Both the position numbers and the translations under genes were made by a program. From assembly GCA_023334545.1 (NCBI GenBank), contig JAADVB010000088.1, positions 1 to 64,000 of the forward strand: 64,000 nucleotides of DNA, read 5' to 3'. Below, in pieces: positions 11,394-21,735 of the stretch. Every line of letters starts with the position of its first letter. Within the stretch, counting starts at the first letter, position 1. Under the pieces are notes generated by a model. That model searched no databases and was not told the origin of the DNA. It saw only the letters and a list, made by a program, of their open reading frames with translations. Source of the stretch: Salisapilia sapeloensis CBS 127946. Its lineage: Eukaryota; Protista; Oomycota.

Positions 11394-11762
11394 TGGTACG
11401 CTTGCTCTCGTCCTACCCTCTTCATGCAGCTTCATGATAAGCTGACTGGCATATTGAATAGGCTGCATCAGATCAACTCGTAGGATTAGTCCTTTTGCTC
11501 ATTAGCGTCGTCGTGTACGTCTACTACACACTCTGGGTGATCGTGACGGTACGATTTGTCATTCCTCCCTACTTGGTCTCTGTCTTTAACATGTATGCTA
11601 CAGCCATTCGTGGATGCTTCCCACCCATTGCAACGTTTCTTTCCACCCTACTACTTTGCCATGGCTATCCCAGCCATCTTACTCGTACTGTTGTTCACTG
11701 GGAGTGCCACCTTCATCGGTCTCGTCATGATCCGAGCACAGAATAAGAAGAAAAACAACTAA
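11394..11762 (+). CDS. DPM2: Dolichol-phosphate mannosyltransferase regulatory subunit DPM2 (3 exons)
   Basis: M|AASDQLVGLVLLLISVVVYVYYTLWVIVT|PFVDASHPLQRFFPPYYFAMAIP...FIGLVMI; two TM segments and the DPM2 YYT.W...PF.D..HP...FF signature. Confidence 0.9.
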
Positions 11763-11829
11763 ACTCGAATGCCTTTTTTGTGTCTTTTTGTGTTTATTTC
11801 CTGTACCTGCTTCAACCCCTCGACAGTAA

Positions 11830-12401
11830 TTAGTGCGTCGACGTGGACGGGTCCGAGCTGAGCGTGCTCTGCGGCTGCGTGACAGGGAAGCCCATGGCCT
11901 GGATTTGCTGATAGTTGAAACCTTTCGACAATAACTCCTTGACTGCCTCATTCGACTGTTCCTCTCGTAGCAGCTAGAAGCATGGTTAGATAAGGATTCT
12001 ATTGTTTTTCAAGAGTTGAAAGATACCTCGATGCTCATGGGGACGAGCGTGATGATGCCAAAGGTGGCGATGAACCAGACCGTGCGACGAGATGCGTTCC
12101 ATCCCTATTGAATATAACTGTCACTACCAACTAGCATCAAGCAGATAGATGAAAGGACATACGGACTGGGACCAGGCAACAGCGCTCTGGTAGTACGAGC
12201 TCTCTTGGACAGTCGTTGGCAGGTTCTTGATCATTTCCTAATCCATCCACACAAATAAGTAGCTGTTCTTACTACTTGGGCGATACAACCAAGCAGGAAG
12301 AGGTAGCAACAAGAGGAACGTACCATCATGCTAGAGCTGCCATTGCCAGCTTTCGCCTTCTCCTTCTCCAAATTCCTTAGCTCTCCGAACGTGTCTGACA
12401 T
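11830..12401 (-). CDS. TOM22: Mitochondrial import receptor TOM22-like (short, plant Tom9-type), 4 exons
   Basis: Not in the ORF track. Spliced product MSDTFGELRN...AVAWSQS|GWNASRRTVWFIATFGIITLVPMSIE|LLREEQ...; the W..SR...W....T..I...P..IE..RE..Q pattern matches the Tom22 TM region. Confidence 0.72.
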
Positions 12402-12596
12402 ACTTCGATTCTTTTTGTGTTCCAGTCATACTCGAGTTCTATACAATGCCATCCTTATGCCACTTCTTTTTCCGATCAACCCTGTAAATGCATCTAATTT
12501 AGTGATACCAACTCCCTTTCTTGACACGAAAGTGATATAGCTCATTTGCATCTTAGAGATCTGCTTCGGACAAGATTTTTGGAAGGGTAACGCTTA

Positions 12597-15500
12597 ATGG
12601 CGACTAAGAATGAAGTGGAGGTAGATACCTTCGTGCCTCCACTGTTGCTGAGTAAAAAACAACTTGGTGGTGTGCCTGTGCAAGGAGATGTGAAGGAAAA
12701 AACCATCTTGACAGCCACTTATGATGCTGATCGCAGCGCGATTTTAGTCGTTGATGACAAGTCTGCATGGATCTGCACTTTTGGAAAGTCTATGGATACG
12801 AATGAGAGCAAGTTAAATGCCGTGACACTCACCGCTTTTGAGACCGACACCACAATCGAGTCGGATGACGAACAAGAGGAGGTACAAGGCGACAACCGAG
12901 ATGCATGGAGCATTCAGTGGAGCCCAGACGGCTCGTATCTTGTTATAATGGGTCAAATTCTTGACGAATCGAACGATCCGACGAAACGAAAACCTGCATT
13001 GTGGCTATCTACTACTCCATCATGGCTACAAGACACTTCCGTCGACACGTCCGAGCCTTTGACCATCGAGATAGACGTTTCCGACTACACCAGCAAGCGA
13101 AAACTACGTGATACTTCTGGTTTGACGTCTGTCTTCTTCCCACAGGGCAAATCCACTACCTTCTGCTTCCTGACATTCACCTCGTCACTCTTTCAAGCGG
13201 AAATCGGCCTTCCACAGCTCTCTTTAGTCGCTTCTGAAGTAAAAGAAGCATCGAAAGTCACTTCGAAAGACCAGATCAAGCCTTTCTTCCGTCTCCAACC
13301 ACTCGTCGACTTGAGTGAGTGGCACAGTCGTACTCGCTGTGCTACTTTTGACAATTCTAGCTCGACATTAGTCGTCTCTGGAAGTGTCTTGGATACTAAT
13401 GGAGAGCTAGTAAATATGCGAGCATCTTCTTTAACAGTTTGGCGTTTCTCTAGGGATTCAAAGAGTCCACAACAAATGGATTCAACCATCTTAAAAGAAG
13501 CAGCAGTGTCCTCCAAGAGTACCTCCAAAACTGAGCCAAAAGAAGAAGAGAAAGCAAGTGTGAGTACATGGAGAAAGCTATGGACTGGTACGAAAGACTT
13601 GAGAGCGGCTGAAGAGCTTATTCAGTCCATGACATTGTCCACAAATGGAGACTATGTCGTGCTGACGGATATAACAGGCAAGCTATCTATCTATCGTCTT
13701 CATCCAGTGCATCCGATTGTGTCATGGCAGTTCCTACACCACGTACCGACGGATGGGGATGCTAAAACAAGTGCTCTTGTACAGCAATCAGGTTTTCTAC
13801 ACGTCAAAAAAGCATCCTTCACTCTAGACAACATTCTCCTCTTGTCTACGAAAGAAGGACGGATGGTATATGCTCGTGTCCAAGATGATGCAAACCTACA
13901 GTATCTTACTCCGGAATGGAATGCACGACACAAGAGCAGTCAACGCAGTAGAGTACTTGCGTTCGACATGTCTGTAAGCGAGACACTGGGTATATGCCAA
14001 GTTATCATGACTTCATCATCCAAAGTGCAGCTCGAGTACATTCAAAAGCTGTCTTTCGAAACGTTCATACAACAAGTGATTTCATCTAGCAACTTGGAGA
14101 AAGCGTTGCGACTCGTGGATCAAAGTACTTTGGACTCGAAGGACAAGGATGGACTATATCACCAGATATGGAAGCGTTATCAAGCAGATCAGACGGTCGG
14201 AGAGACGGATGGATGGAAAACCATCATCGATACATCATCTCCTGCCTTTGATACTGCCCTCCTGTCCTTATCTCGAGTGTCAGACGCACAAACGGTTGCA
14301 CTTGAGTGTCAAGACGCAATCTCGTTCTTGTCTCCAGACGACACGAGACGGATCATCACGACAGGTCTCGAGCTAGACGTCTCTGACGCTCTTCACACTA
14401 CCTTCCAAACGGCTTTAGACCGACTGGACACGATGCAACAGATCTATACAGCAGAGATGGACGATAAGGATAGTGAATGGTACCTCGGAGCAGTCTACGC
14501 ACAGTTTCTTGCTACATCCCCGTTAGATATGTGCATGTCACTCGCCTCGGAAGGACGCACAGACGCCTTATCGCTTGTCTTCTGGAGTTATACAGAAGAA
14601 CTGATGCCTCATCTCTTGGATCTCTTAAGTGCTATACCTCCAACGGTGTCTCCATGGCAGTACCTGTCTCTCCTTCCAGTATTGTGCATTGGCACCAAGC
14701 GTCTGTACAAACTGCAGCGTGATAGTGGTGTGGAGGTGAATGTCATGACACAGGATCTACCTGCTATCGTCCAGGTTGTACCGATGGACTTGCCGAATGT
14801 AAAGGCTTTGGATGTAGACATTGTTGTCACGTGGTTCCAACGTCGGATTGAAGACTTAGACAGTACATACGGACAGCTCGAGACGAGTTACTACTTGGCT
14901 CGATTAGCATACATGTGTATTCCTTTAGAAAGCATGTCCAAGGACTTGTCCGACCTCTTGGTGCATACCCAGAGACTGTACCATTCGATCTACACGATTG
15001 GGATGTTCCCACCATCCAAGACCTTGGCAGGATGGAAGAACGAACTCTTCTTAGACCCACTGCTTTGCTTCTCGACTCCTGTCGATCCAGATGCATGTCT
15101 ATACTCTCTCCATACAGTCTTCCTGTCCACTCGAACGATCGTTTACTCGCTCGATTCACCTTGTGCACATGTATGCCGATACCTCTTGTCTCTCCACCCA
15201 TCCGACCCAATGGCATTGGAGGCGTGCACTCGTATCATGGAAGCTAGTGCTCCATCTTTACCCATGCCCAGTCGATGGATCCAGAGCGATACTTGTCTCC
15301 TACAGACTGCCATTCAACTCATCCTCCAAAGCGACGGCAGTACGCACCTCACTCGTGACATTGAGTGCTGGTGGCGGATTTTTATGTGTCTCCCTGAACG
15401 TACGCACAAGGATGATGCTGACACGACTGCGCTGCAGGATCAAGTAGATCGCGTATCCAACTTGCTCATACAGAGTGAGACGCTGCTCAAGTACGATGTG

Positions 15501-18500
15501 AGCAAGACACCCAAGGAGCTTTCTCAAGGAAGCATTGAACTAGACGATTTGGTAGGTCTCATGTGTGAACGAGGGTTGGATAAGGAAGACGGATGGAAGG
15601 GAGTGTGTGGGGACCTTTTGAAGGTTGCTACGTTGCTACCGTCTGAAGAGCAGAGTCAGCATCGTATACTACAAGCCATATTGACGTACATGGTGCGTCA
15701 GAAACGGAGTGGAAGTGAAGATCTAGTAGTCAGCTGGGTCTCATTAGCTCCTGAAAGTATCCCGCAAGTACTCGACCTCCTCTTGTCTCTTTTATCCGAA
15801 GCTATGGATGAACTCGTAACTAGCGAATCGATGGCATGGGCCGTTTATCATCTACTAGAGATCGTTATACAACACCAAGCTACATCTCCAGAGACTATCC
15901 AAGCTTACACAGCGAAGATGGAAGAGTACGCGAGGTTCATCAAGGGCGCAGACGTCTTGTCTCGTACAACGGATGAAGCCTTGCGCTTGACACCGAACGA
16001 ACTACTGTCTTCTTCTCTATATGAACGTCAAGAACTGACGATCAAGGCACTTGATATGACAGCGACTCACTCTTCTGTCGATCCAAGTACATTAGACTGG
16101 CTATCGTCTTGGACGCACAAGAAAGTATTGACATATATGGATGCCATCTTTCTCCTCTGTGAACTCTTCCAGATCGACAGTAATGAGTTCAAGCTACAGC
16201 TACTGACTAGTGCAGCAAAAGGACGTATGGACCACGTAGAAGAAGTGTTTAGTATGCTCATGGAGAGCTTAGCTCTAGTTGAAAGCGTCGACTTGAGCGC
16301 TTTGGACAGTGTTCAGCAAATCTTTGCGCTTGTACAACAAGTAATGGACGTTGACTGTGCTCAATACTGGCCACAACAAGTAGCGCTAGGAGAGACATTG
16401 CTTTCATGCGACTACAGTCTATACCAGACATACGACCAGATCACGACAAGTGCTGACCACATCCAAAGACGACTGCACGTCCTCAGCTGTCTCCAACGTC
16501 TATCGACTGAGCTCCATCTATCGGAGAAGGAGATTGATAATCGCAAGACTGACGGCATGGACGTTGCGCAGTGTCTCCAACAACAATTCCTTCTCCCGAC
16601 GCTGGAGGTGGTCAAGAACGAGGAGTCAAGTCCTTCACTTCTATTGCGTCTTCTGTCCCTCACATGCTCTCTCGACAAGAGCCTCAGTGCGAAGTCTTCT
16701 TGGCTGGAGGGTAGTCTAAGCCATTTGACGCTCTTGTGTTTAGACGAGACACTAGAGCTAAGCGTATCGGACGACTTGTTCTCTTCTTACGTCGACTGTA
16801 CACTGGACTTTATCCAGACGTATGCAGACACTTGTGACGATACACATACGTTCCAACGTTTTTCTGAAGACCTTTTCCATCAAGTCGTCGGATCAAATGG
16901 CGAAGCAGTAGACATTGTCGTCGAACGACTACGCCGATTCTTTTTAACCTTGAAAGACAAAGTCACGAGTGATTGGAAACAAGTCTTATGTCTCGATCTA
17001 GCGAGTCGATGTGAAGATCATCTCCAGGCACAGGCACAACAACGAGAGCTGGAAAGTGTTCGAGAGAAACTCGATACGAACCTGGATGCGGACAGATTTG
17101 AGCGAGATGAAGCGTATCGGAGGCAACAGCTAGTGTCACTTGCACATGCCGACATGGAACGAGCATTGACATTAGCCAAAAGGTACCAGATGAATAATCT
17201 CGACGTCCTACTTCCGTACTTGAAGGCGATACTAGTGGATGGTAAAGATACGGGTGATCGTCAACAGGAGATTGAACGACGTGTCAAGGTCGGACAGACA
17301 AATGTCTTCGAGATGACGTTGGCATCTCCAACACCATTCGCATCTTTTCTACTAGACGTATGGAAGGAAGTAGATGGGAAAGATCATGTTGCAGTGCTAC
17401 TCGTATGGAGAATGATGCTCGAGTGTTCAAAGCGTTTAGAAGGAGAGACGCAAGTATTTCCTCAAGGAGCTTTATCTAAGACTCAGCATCGACGTCTGAC
17501 ACTACTCTTTGCGTGTTTGAAGAAAGCAAAGGAGTTTACCCCAGCATCTTTTGATGCCAAGCGCTTGTGTGCAGTGGATGTCGATCCTCTTGTCGAGACA
17601 CGGGTAAGTGCAACTGTATTGGAAGAAGCGTTGAGTGTGACGACAGATCGGAATGTCAAGGGTATGAGTAAAGTCATGCAAAAGCTACATCAAGTACCTA
17701 TCTCCACGTACCTTCTCCTCTTCCTCGCAAAGAAGCTTGAGACGCTGTGGGAAGGAGATGGTACTAGCACCCAGGCATTCGATTCCTGTCAAAAGTTCAT
17801 GAACGGACTAAACGACAGTCATCTTTGCTTCTTCTACGCGTCCTTCACTGGCATTTCTCTGTCCAGTGTGGGTGAAGTAGAGACACATGACGTAGACATC
17901 TCTTCTCTATCCGCTTTCCAACCTCTGTCAAGCCAGGAAACATGGCATGTCTTGAATGATTTCTTCTCGCGTCTTGAGAAACGTAGAGAGCTGTCGGATG
18001 TAGCTTCTCATGTGGAGAGAGAAGTGGAGAAGGCAGGCATGAGACTAGCTCTGGATGCTGTGCATGCGTCCAAGTGGCTCCCACACGTCACCAAGACGGA
18101 GGTGCAGCAGTGGCAGGACAAGATGCTGAGGTGGACACAGGCACCTGATGCTTCAGCTCTTGAACCACTCATGGTCGAACTGTGCACGTTAGTGCAGAGC
18201 GTGTCCATGACGTCCCTTGTCATGTGTCTAGGAGAAGTGGTATGTGGCGATGAATGCCGGTTGGATACACACAAGGTGTATATAGAGGCAGTTGGGATTC
18301 TCATCTCGGCTTTTGTCGCATGTGAGGAGAGATACACAGAGCCAAAGGATCTACTCCACATGAACATTCAACAGGAGAATACAGTAGCTACCTCCATGCA
18401 ACGTCTCGGCAAAATGGATGATAAGGACAGCTCGCTACTGCATACGCTCCAAGCGTCTGCTTCCTCTGTCTTGAACAACGTACAAGGCAAACGAGAGGAC

Positions 18501-19505
18501 GTAGCGACTACTATTGTAGAGCAATTAGAAGTGACGATGGAAGAGATGGAACGAGCCGAAGAGTACGAAAGACTAGCAGTGCTAACACAAGTGCTCTTGG
18601 CGCGAGATCGAGGCCGACGATCAAAGGAAGAGCTGGCAAAGTTGAGCTTTGGCGCCAAGGTCAAGGCACTATTGTCCACCTCTGAAAACGTCACAAAGAT
18701 ATCCACAGATGCGATGCACTTGCCAGACAACTTTACTCTTGTCGTCCATGAACTCTTGGCTGCTGAAACAGTCATTAGCACAAATACCTTGACGACTCTT
18801 CTCGTCCTTCGATCTGACATCATGCCTTGTACCAACGGACAAACATGGGCGGAAGAGCTTACACGAGCGACCAACCAACGTCTGGAACAGGAGAATAGCA
18901 CGGAGGAAGATGTAGAAAGTAGTCAAGTAGAGCAGTGGTGGGTCCGTCTGCTTATCCATGGCAAGCTAAGCCAGCCACTTCTTTCCTTTTATCAAGAGAC
19001 AGCCTACAGCCATATCCAATCCGTATCTGCACAAGAGGACGTGATGCAGTCTCTAGTCGAACAGGACAAGGCACTAGCTGCTCGCTTTGCTCTTTTGTGT
19101 CCGTCTGACGCACTCCGCTCATCTTACCACTCGATGATCTTTGCACAGGACGCTTTCTCCAACCTCGACCTGCTCCTCTTACGTTATGACGTCAAGACGT
19201 TGCTAGCGGAAGGCCTGTACGATGATCTGGTTACTTACCACGTCCAATGTCACGAGATGAAGCCGTTAACATCGACAGGAAGCTACTTTGTCTGTGCGCT
19301 CGTGAAAGAACGCAAGTACATGGCAGCAGCACGTGTGGTCTGTATGCTATGGCACGTGTCTCCCATGCTGTATGATAGTACAAGTGCTCTTTATCTTTTA
19401 CGCAAGTACGTGCAAAAGGTATCGATGCAAGTGAAGAGGAAGGGAGGACGGATGATGGAGCTAGTGACAGTGGTAAATGAACGAATGCAAGAATTGGAAA
19501 GTTAA
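12597..19505 (+). CDS. NBAS: NBAS/Sec39-like Golgi-to-ER tethering protein (2302 aa)
   Basis: N-terminal beta-propeller-like repeats (WSIQWSPDGSYLV, MTLSTNGDYVV); Sec39-like segment LASEGRTDALSLVF...LLDLLSAIPPTVSPWQYLSLLP; long helical remainder; size fits the family. Confidence 0.8.
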   Translation: MATKNEVEVDTFVPPLLLSKKQLGGVPVQGDVKEKTILTATYDADRSAILVVDDKSAWICTFGKSMDTNESKLNAVTLTAFETDTTIESDDEQEEVQGDNRDAWSIQWSPDGSYLVIMGQILDESNDPTKRKPALWLSTTPSWLQDTSVDTSEPLTIEIDVSDYTSKRKLRDTSGLTSVFFPQGKSTTFCFLTFTSSLFQAEIGLPQLSLVASEVKEASKVTSKDQIKPFFRLQPLVDLSEWHSRTRCATFDNSSSTLVVSGSVLDTNGELVNMRASSLTVWRFSRDSKSPQQMDSTILKEAAVSSKSTSKTEPKEEEKASVSTWRKLWTGTKDLRAAEELIQSMTLSTNGDYVVLTDITGKLSIYRLHPVHPIVSWQFLHHVPTDGDAKTSALVQQSGFLHVKKASFTLDNILLLSTKEGRMVYARVQDDANLQYLTPEWNARHKSSQRSRVLAFDMSVSETLGICQVIMTSSSKVQLEYIQKLSFETFIQQVISSSNLEKALRLVDQSTLDSKDKDGLYHQIWKRYQADQTVGETDGWKTIIDTSSPAFDTALLSLSRVSDAQTVALECQDAISFLSPDDTRRIITTGLELDVSDALHTTFQTALDRLDTMQQIYTAEMDDKDSEWYLGAVYAQFLATSPLDMCMSLASEGRTDALSLVFWSYTEELMPHLLDLLSAIPPTVSPWQYLSLLPVLCIGTKRLYKLQRDSGVEVNVMTQDLPAIVQVVPMDLPNVKALDVDIVVTWFQRRIEDLDSTYGQLETSYYLARLAYMCIPLESMSKDLSDLLVHTQRLYHSIYTIGMFPPSKTLAGWKNELFLDPLLCFSTPVDPDACLYSLHTVFLSTRTIVYSLDSPCAHVCRYLLSLHPSDPMALEACTRIMEASAPSLPMPSRWIQSDTCLLQTAIQLILQSDGSTHLTRDIECWWRIFMCLPERTHKDDADTTALQDQVDRVSNLLIQSETLLKYDVSKTPKELSQGSIELDDLVGLMCERGLDKEDGWKGVCGDLLKVATLLPSEEQSQHRILQAILTYMVRQKRSGSEDLVVSWVSLAPESIPQVLDLLLSLLSEAMDELVTSESMAWAVYHLLEIVIQHQATSPETIQAYTAKMEEYARFIKGADVLSRTTDEALRLTPNELLSSSLYERQELTIKALDMTATHSSVDPSTLDWLSSWTHKKVLTYMDAIFLLCELFQIDSNEFKLQLLTSAAKGRMDHVEEVFSMLMESLALVESVDLSALDSVQQIFALVQQVMDVDCAQYWPQQVALGETLLSCDYSLYQTYDQITTSADHIQRRLHVLSCLQRLSTELHLSEKEIDNRKTDGMDVAQCLQQQFLLPTLEVVKNEESSPSLLLRLLSLTCSLDKSLSAKSSWLEGSLSHLTLLCLDETLELSVSDDLFSSYVDCTLDFIQTYADTCDDTHTFQRFSEDLFHQVVGSNGEAVDIVVERLRRFFLTLKDKVTSDWKQVLCLDLASRCEDHLQAQAQQRELESVREKLDTNLDADRFERDEAYRRQQLVSLAHADMERALTLAKRYQMNNLDVLLPYLKAILVDGKDTGDRQQEIERRVKVGQTNVFEMTLASPTPFASFLLDVWKEVDGKDHVAVLLVWRMMLECSKRLEGETQVFPQGALSKTQHRRLTLLFACLKKAKEFTPASFDAKRLCAVDVDPLVETRVSATVLEEALSVTTDRNVKGMSKVMQKLHQVPISTYLLLFLAKKLETLWEGDGTSTQAFDSCQKFMNGLNDSHLCFFYASFTGISLSSVGEVETHDVDISSLSAFQPLSSQETWHVLNDFFSRLEKRRELSDVASHVEREVEKAGMRLALDAVHASKWLPHVTKTEVQQWQDKMLRWTQAPDASALEPLMVELCTLVQSVSMTSLVMCLGEVVCGDECRLDTHKVYIEAVGILISAFVACEERYTEPKDLLHMNIQQENTVATSMQRLGKMDDKDSSLLHTLQASASSVLNNVQGKREDVATTIVEQLEVTMEEMERAEEYERLAVLTQVLLARDRGRRSKEELAKLSFGAKVKALLSTSENVTKISTDAMHLPDNFTLVVHELLAAETVISTNTLTTLLVLRSDIMPCTNGQTWAEELTRATNQRLEQENSTEEDVESSQVEQWWVRLLIHGKLSQPLLSFYQETAYSHIQSVSAQEDVMQSLVEQDKALAARFALLCPSDALRSSYHSMIFAQDAFSNLDLLLLRYDVKTLLAEGLYDDLVTYHVQCHEMKPLTSTGSYFVCALVKERKYMAAARVVCMLWHVSPMLYDSTSALYLLRKYVQKVSMQVKRKGGRMMELVTVVNERMQELES

Positions 19506-19522
19506 GTCGTTGTATTGGCAAA

Positions 19523-20169
19523 CTAGACGTTCAATTGGACGAGTTGGAGGAGAGACGTGTTGCGCCAGTCTTTCGACACATCCTCCAAGTGCTCTTCAAA
19601 GTCCACTACGCTTTCATGTGCCTTCTTCGACAAGGCAGTGGACACCAACTTGGGTGCACTCGTATCCACAAGTGTCAGTCGATTGTCCACCTTTGTCCAT
19701 CCACGCTTCACGTCTTTCAGTAGGAGCTACGACTTTTATAAGTATTTTGCTATGGAGTAGAGGATAGTTAACGAGATACCTGAACGGCAGAGTTGTTTTC
19801 ACTTTCTAGTTGCTCGTTCACGACCGTAATGACACAGGCACGAGAGCAATTGTTTTCGACTTGCGAAGCTAGCTTTGAGGCAAAATGGCTCAAGTCAGAG
19901 GCATTCGCTTTAGACAATGCATTGGCAAAGTAGACCCCAATGATCTGTTTTCCCTGCGTCTTGCTGTACGTATCCACGATGTTACATGCCACCTCAGCAG
20001 TCGGAGCTAGTGGGGAGGTCTCATGGAACAAGGGCGCAGCGTCTTCCACAACCACACCTCCATTGTCTTCCTTGCCAATAAGCAGTCCGCAGCAGGAAGC
20101 TGACGGGTGTTTAGCAGCGTGCAGCATGAGCTTCACATAGGCCTCTGATGCGAGTTGGTAGGAGCTCAT
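19523..20169 (-). CDS. EMC8: ER membrane protein complex subunit 8/9 (UPF0172, MPN-like), 2 exons
   Basis: AYVKLMLHAAKHP...CGLLIG...VEDAAPLFH...IIGVYFAN; intron 19779-19727; C-terminus LVDFEEHLEDVSKDWRN. Confidence 0.92.
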
Positions 20170-20366
20170 GATCCGAGTGCTCGTATCGTTGATGAGTCGA
20201 CCCGTAAAAGTAACATCAGTTGTCTCGATGGATTAAGTGCTGAATAAAAACCATACAATCGAACGCGACGTCATCATCGTCGGTCACTATCTCTTCCAAG
20301 CGGTATTCGCCCTTCGTAGATCCTCCACAGAACTACATCCAGCTCCAAGTTGGCATTGCATGAAAA

Positions 20367-21670
20367 ATGAATGCCAGGTCAAAAGCACGAAAGTCTAGCT
20401 CGAGTTCTGATACATCTTCGTCGTCGTCTGACACGCCTCGGTCCGGTCGATTTCCAAGTGTGCCAAAGCCAGTGTATAAAGCGAAACTGGAAGACATTAT
20501 TTTAGACGCGAAACGTCGTCATCGTACTGGTATGTCGTGATTCGAGTATCTGATGGATCTTACGAGACTTACGACGAGATAGACATTAAAAAGGATGCTT
20601 GGGATCGAGAAGGCTTTGCTGGCTCAGACGTTTGTGAGCTTCAGATTGGGTCCTCTAATTCTTCTGACCAGAGCAATATTCGTCGTGAGTCTTGTCGAGA
20701 CCTTTCGGTCGATCGATTCTTTGAAGAGTATGAAAGTCCGAGCGTCCCAGTTGTGATTGAAGACATTCCGCAAGAGTATGACTGGTCTGCACTAAGAAAC
20801 TGGGACTTTGAGGTACGTCATGTACTTCTTATTTTTATCGGTAAGAGTCTCATGTGCAAGTAGAAATTGAAAGAAAAGTATAAAAATGTGCGTCTCAAGT
20901 GTGGTGAAGACGACGACGGTCGTTCGATTCGGATGAAAGTGAAGCATTTCATCCGGTATATGCGCAAGCAGACCGACGATTCTCCTCTCTACGTCTTCGA
21001 TAGTACGTTTGACGACGATGAAACGACCAAGCCGTTGCTATTCGACTACAAAGTCCCATTATACTTTCAAGATGATCTATTCAACCTTGTGTCGGAGAAG
21101 AGACGACCTCCCTATCGTTGGTTCCTCATCGGACCCAAACGCTCCGGCACTTGTGTTCACATCGATCCACTCGGTACGTCTGCTTGGAACACGTTGATCG
21201 TCGGGCGTAAACGATGGGTTCTTTTCCCACCAGACGTACCGAAACGAATCGCCAAAGGAACAGACGAAGTACTGAAAGGAGAGGACGATGAAGCTGTCAA
21301 TTACTTCATGGACATCCTCCCTCGCATCCGACGCAAGTATCCGGACGTTGCGAAGAAATGCATAGACTTTATCCAGTACCCTGGTGACACGTGCTTCATC
21401 CCAGGCGGATGGTGGCATACGGTACTGAATCTAGACGACACGATCGCCGTGACGCAGAATTTCTGCAGCGTCCAGAACTTTGATCGCGTGTGGACTCGTA
21501 CCCGCAGCGGTCGGAAGCGTATGGCTGTCAAGTGGCTCGGGACACTGAAGGAAGAACGACCGGAGCTAGCGAAACGAGCGAAGAAGATGAATAAACGCGA
21601 TGGATTTATCATGCACGACAAACGCAAGCTACAAGATGCCAATACAAGTGCCAAACGGATGAAACAATAG
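20367..21670 (+). CDS. JMJD6: JMJD6 arginine demethylase / lysyl hydroxylase (JmjC), 3 exons
   Basis: LKCGEDDDGRSIRMK, DDSPLYVFDSTF, RPPYRWFLIGPKRSGTCVHIDPLGTSAWN, PGGWWHTVLNLDDTIAVTQNF; HxD...H iron ligands intact. Confidence 0.95.
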
Positions 21671-21735
21671 ATTTTTGTAAAAGTGTCCGGACGTATTCCA
21701 TACATTTGTACTGGTGTGTGTCCAGCGTTTCAAAG

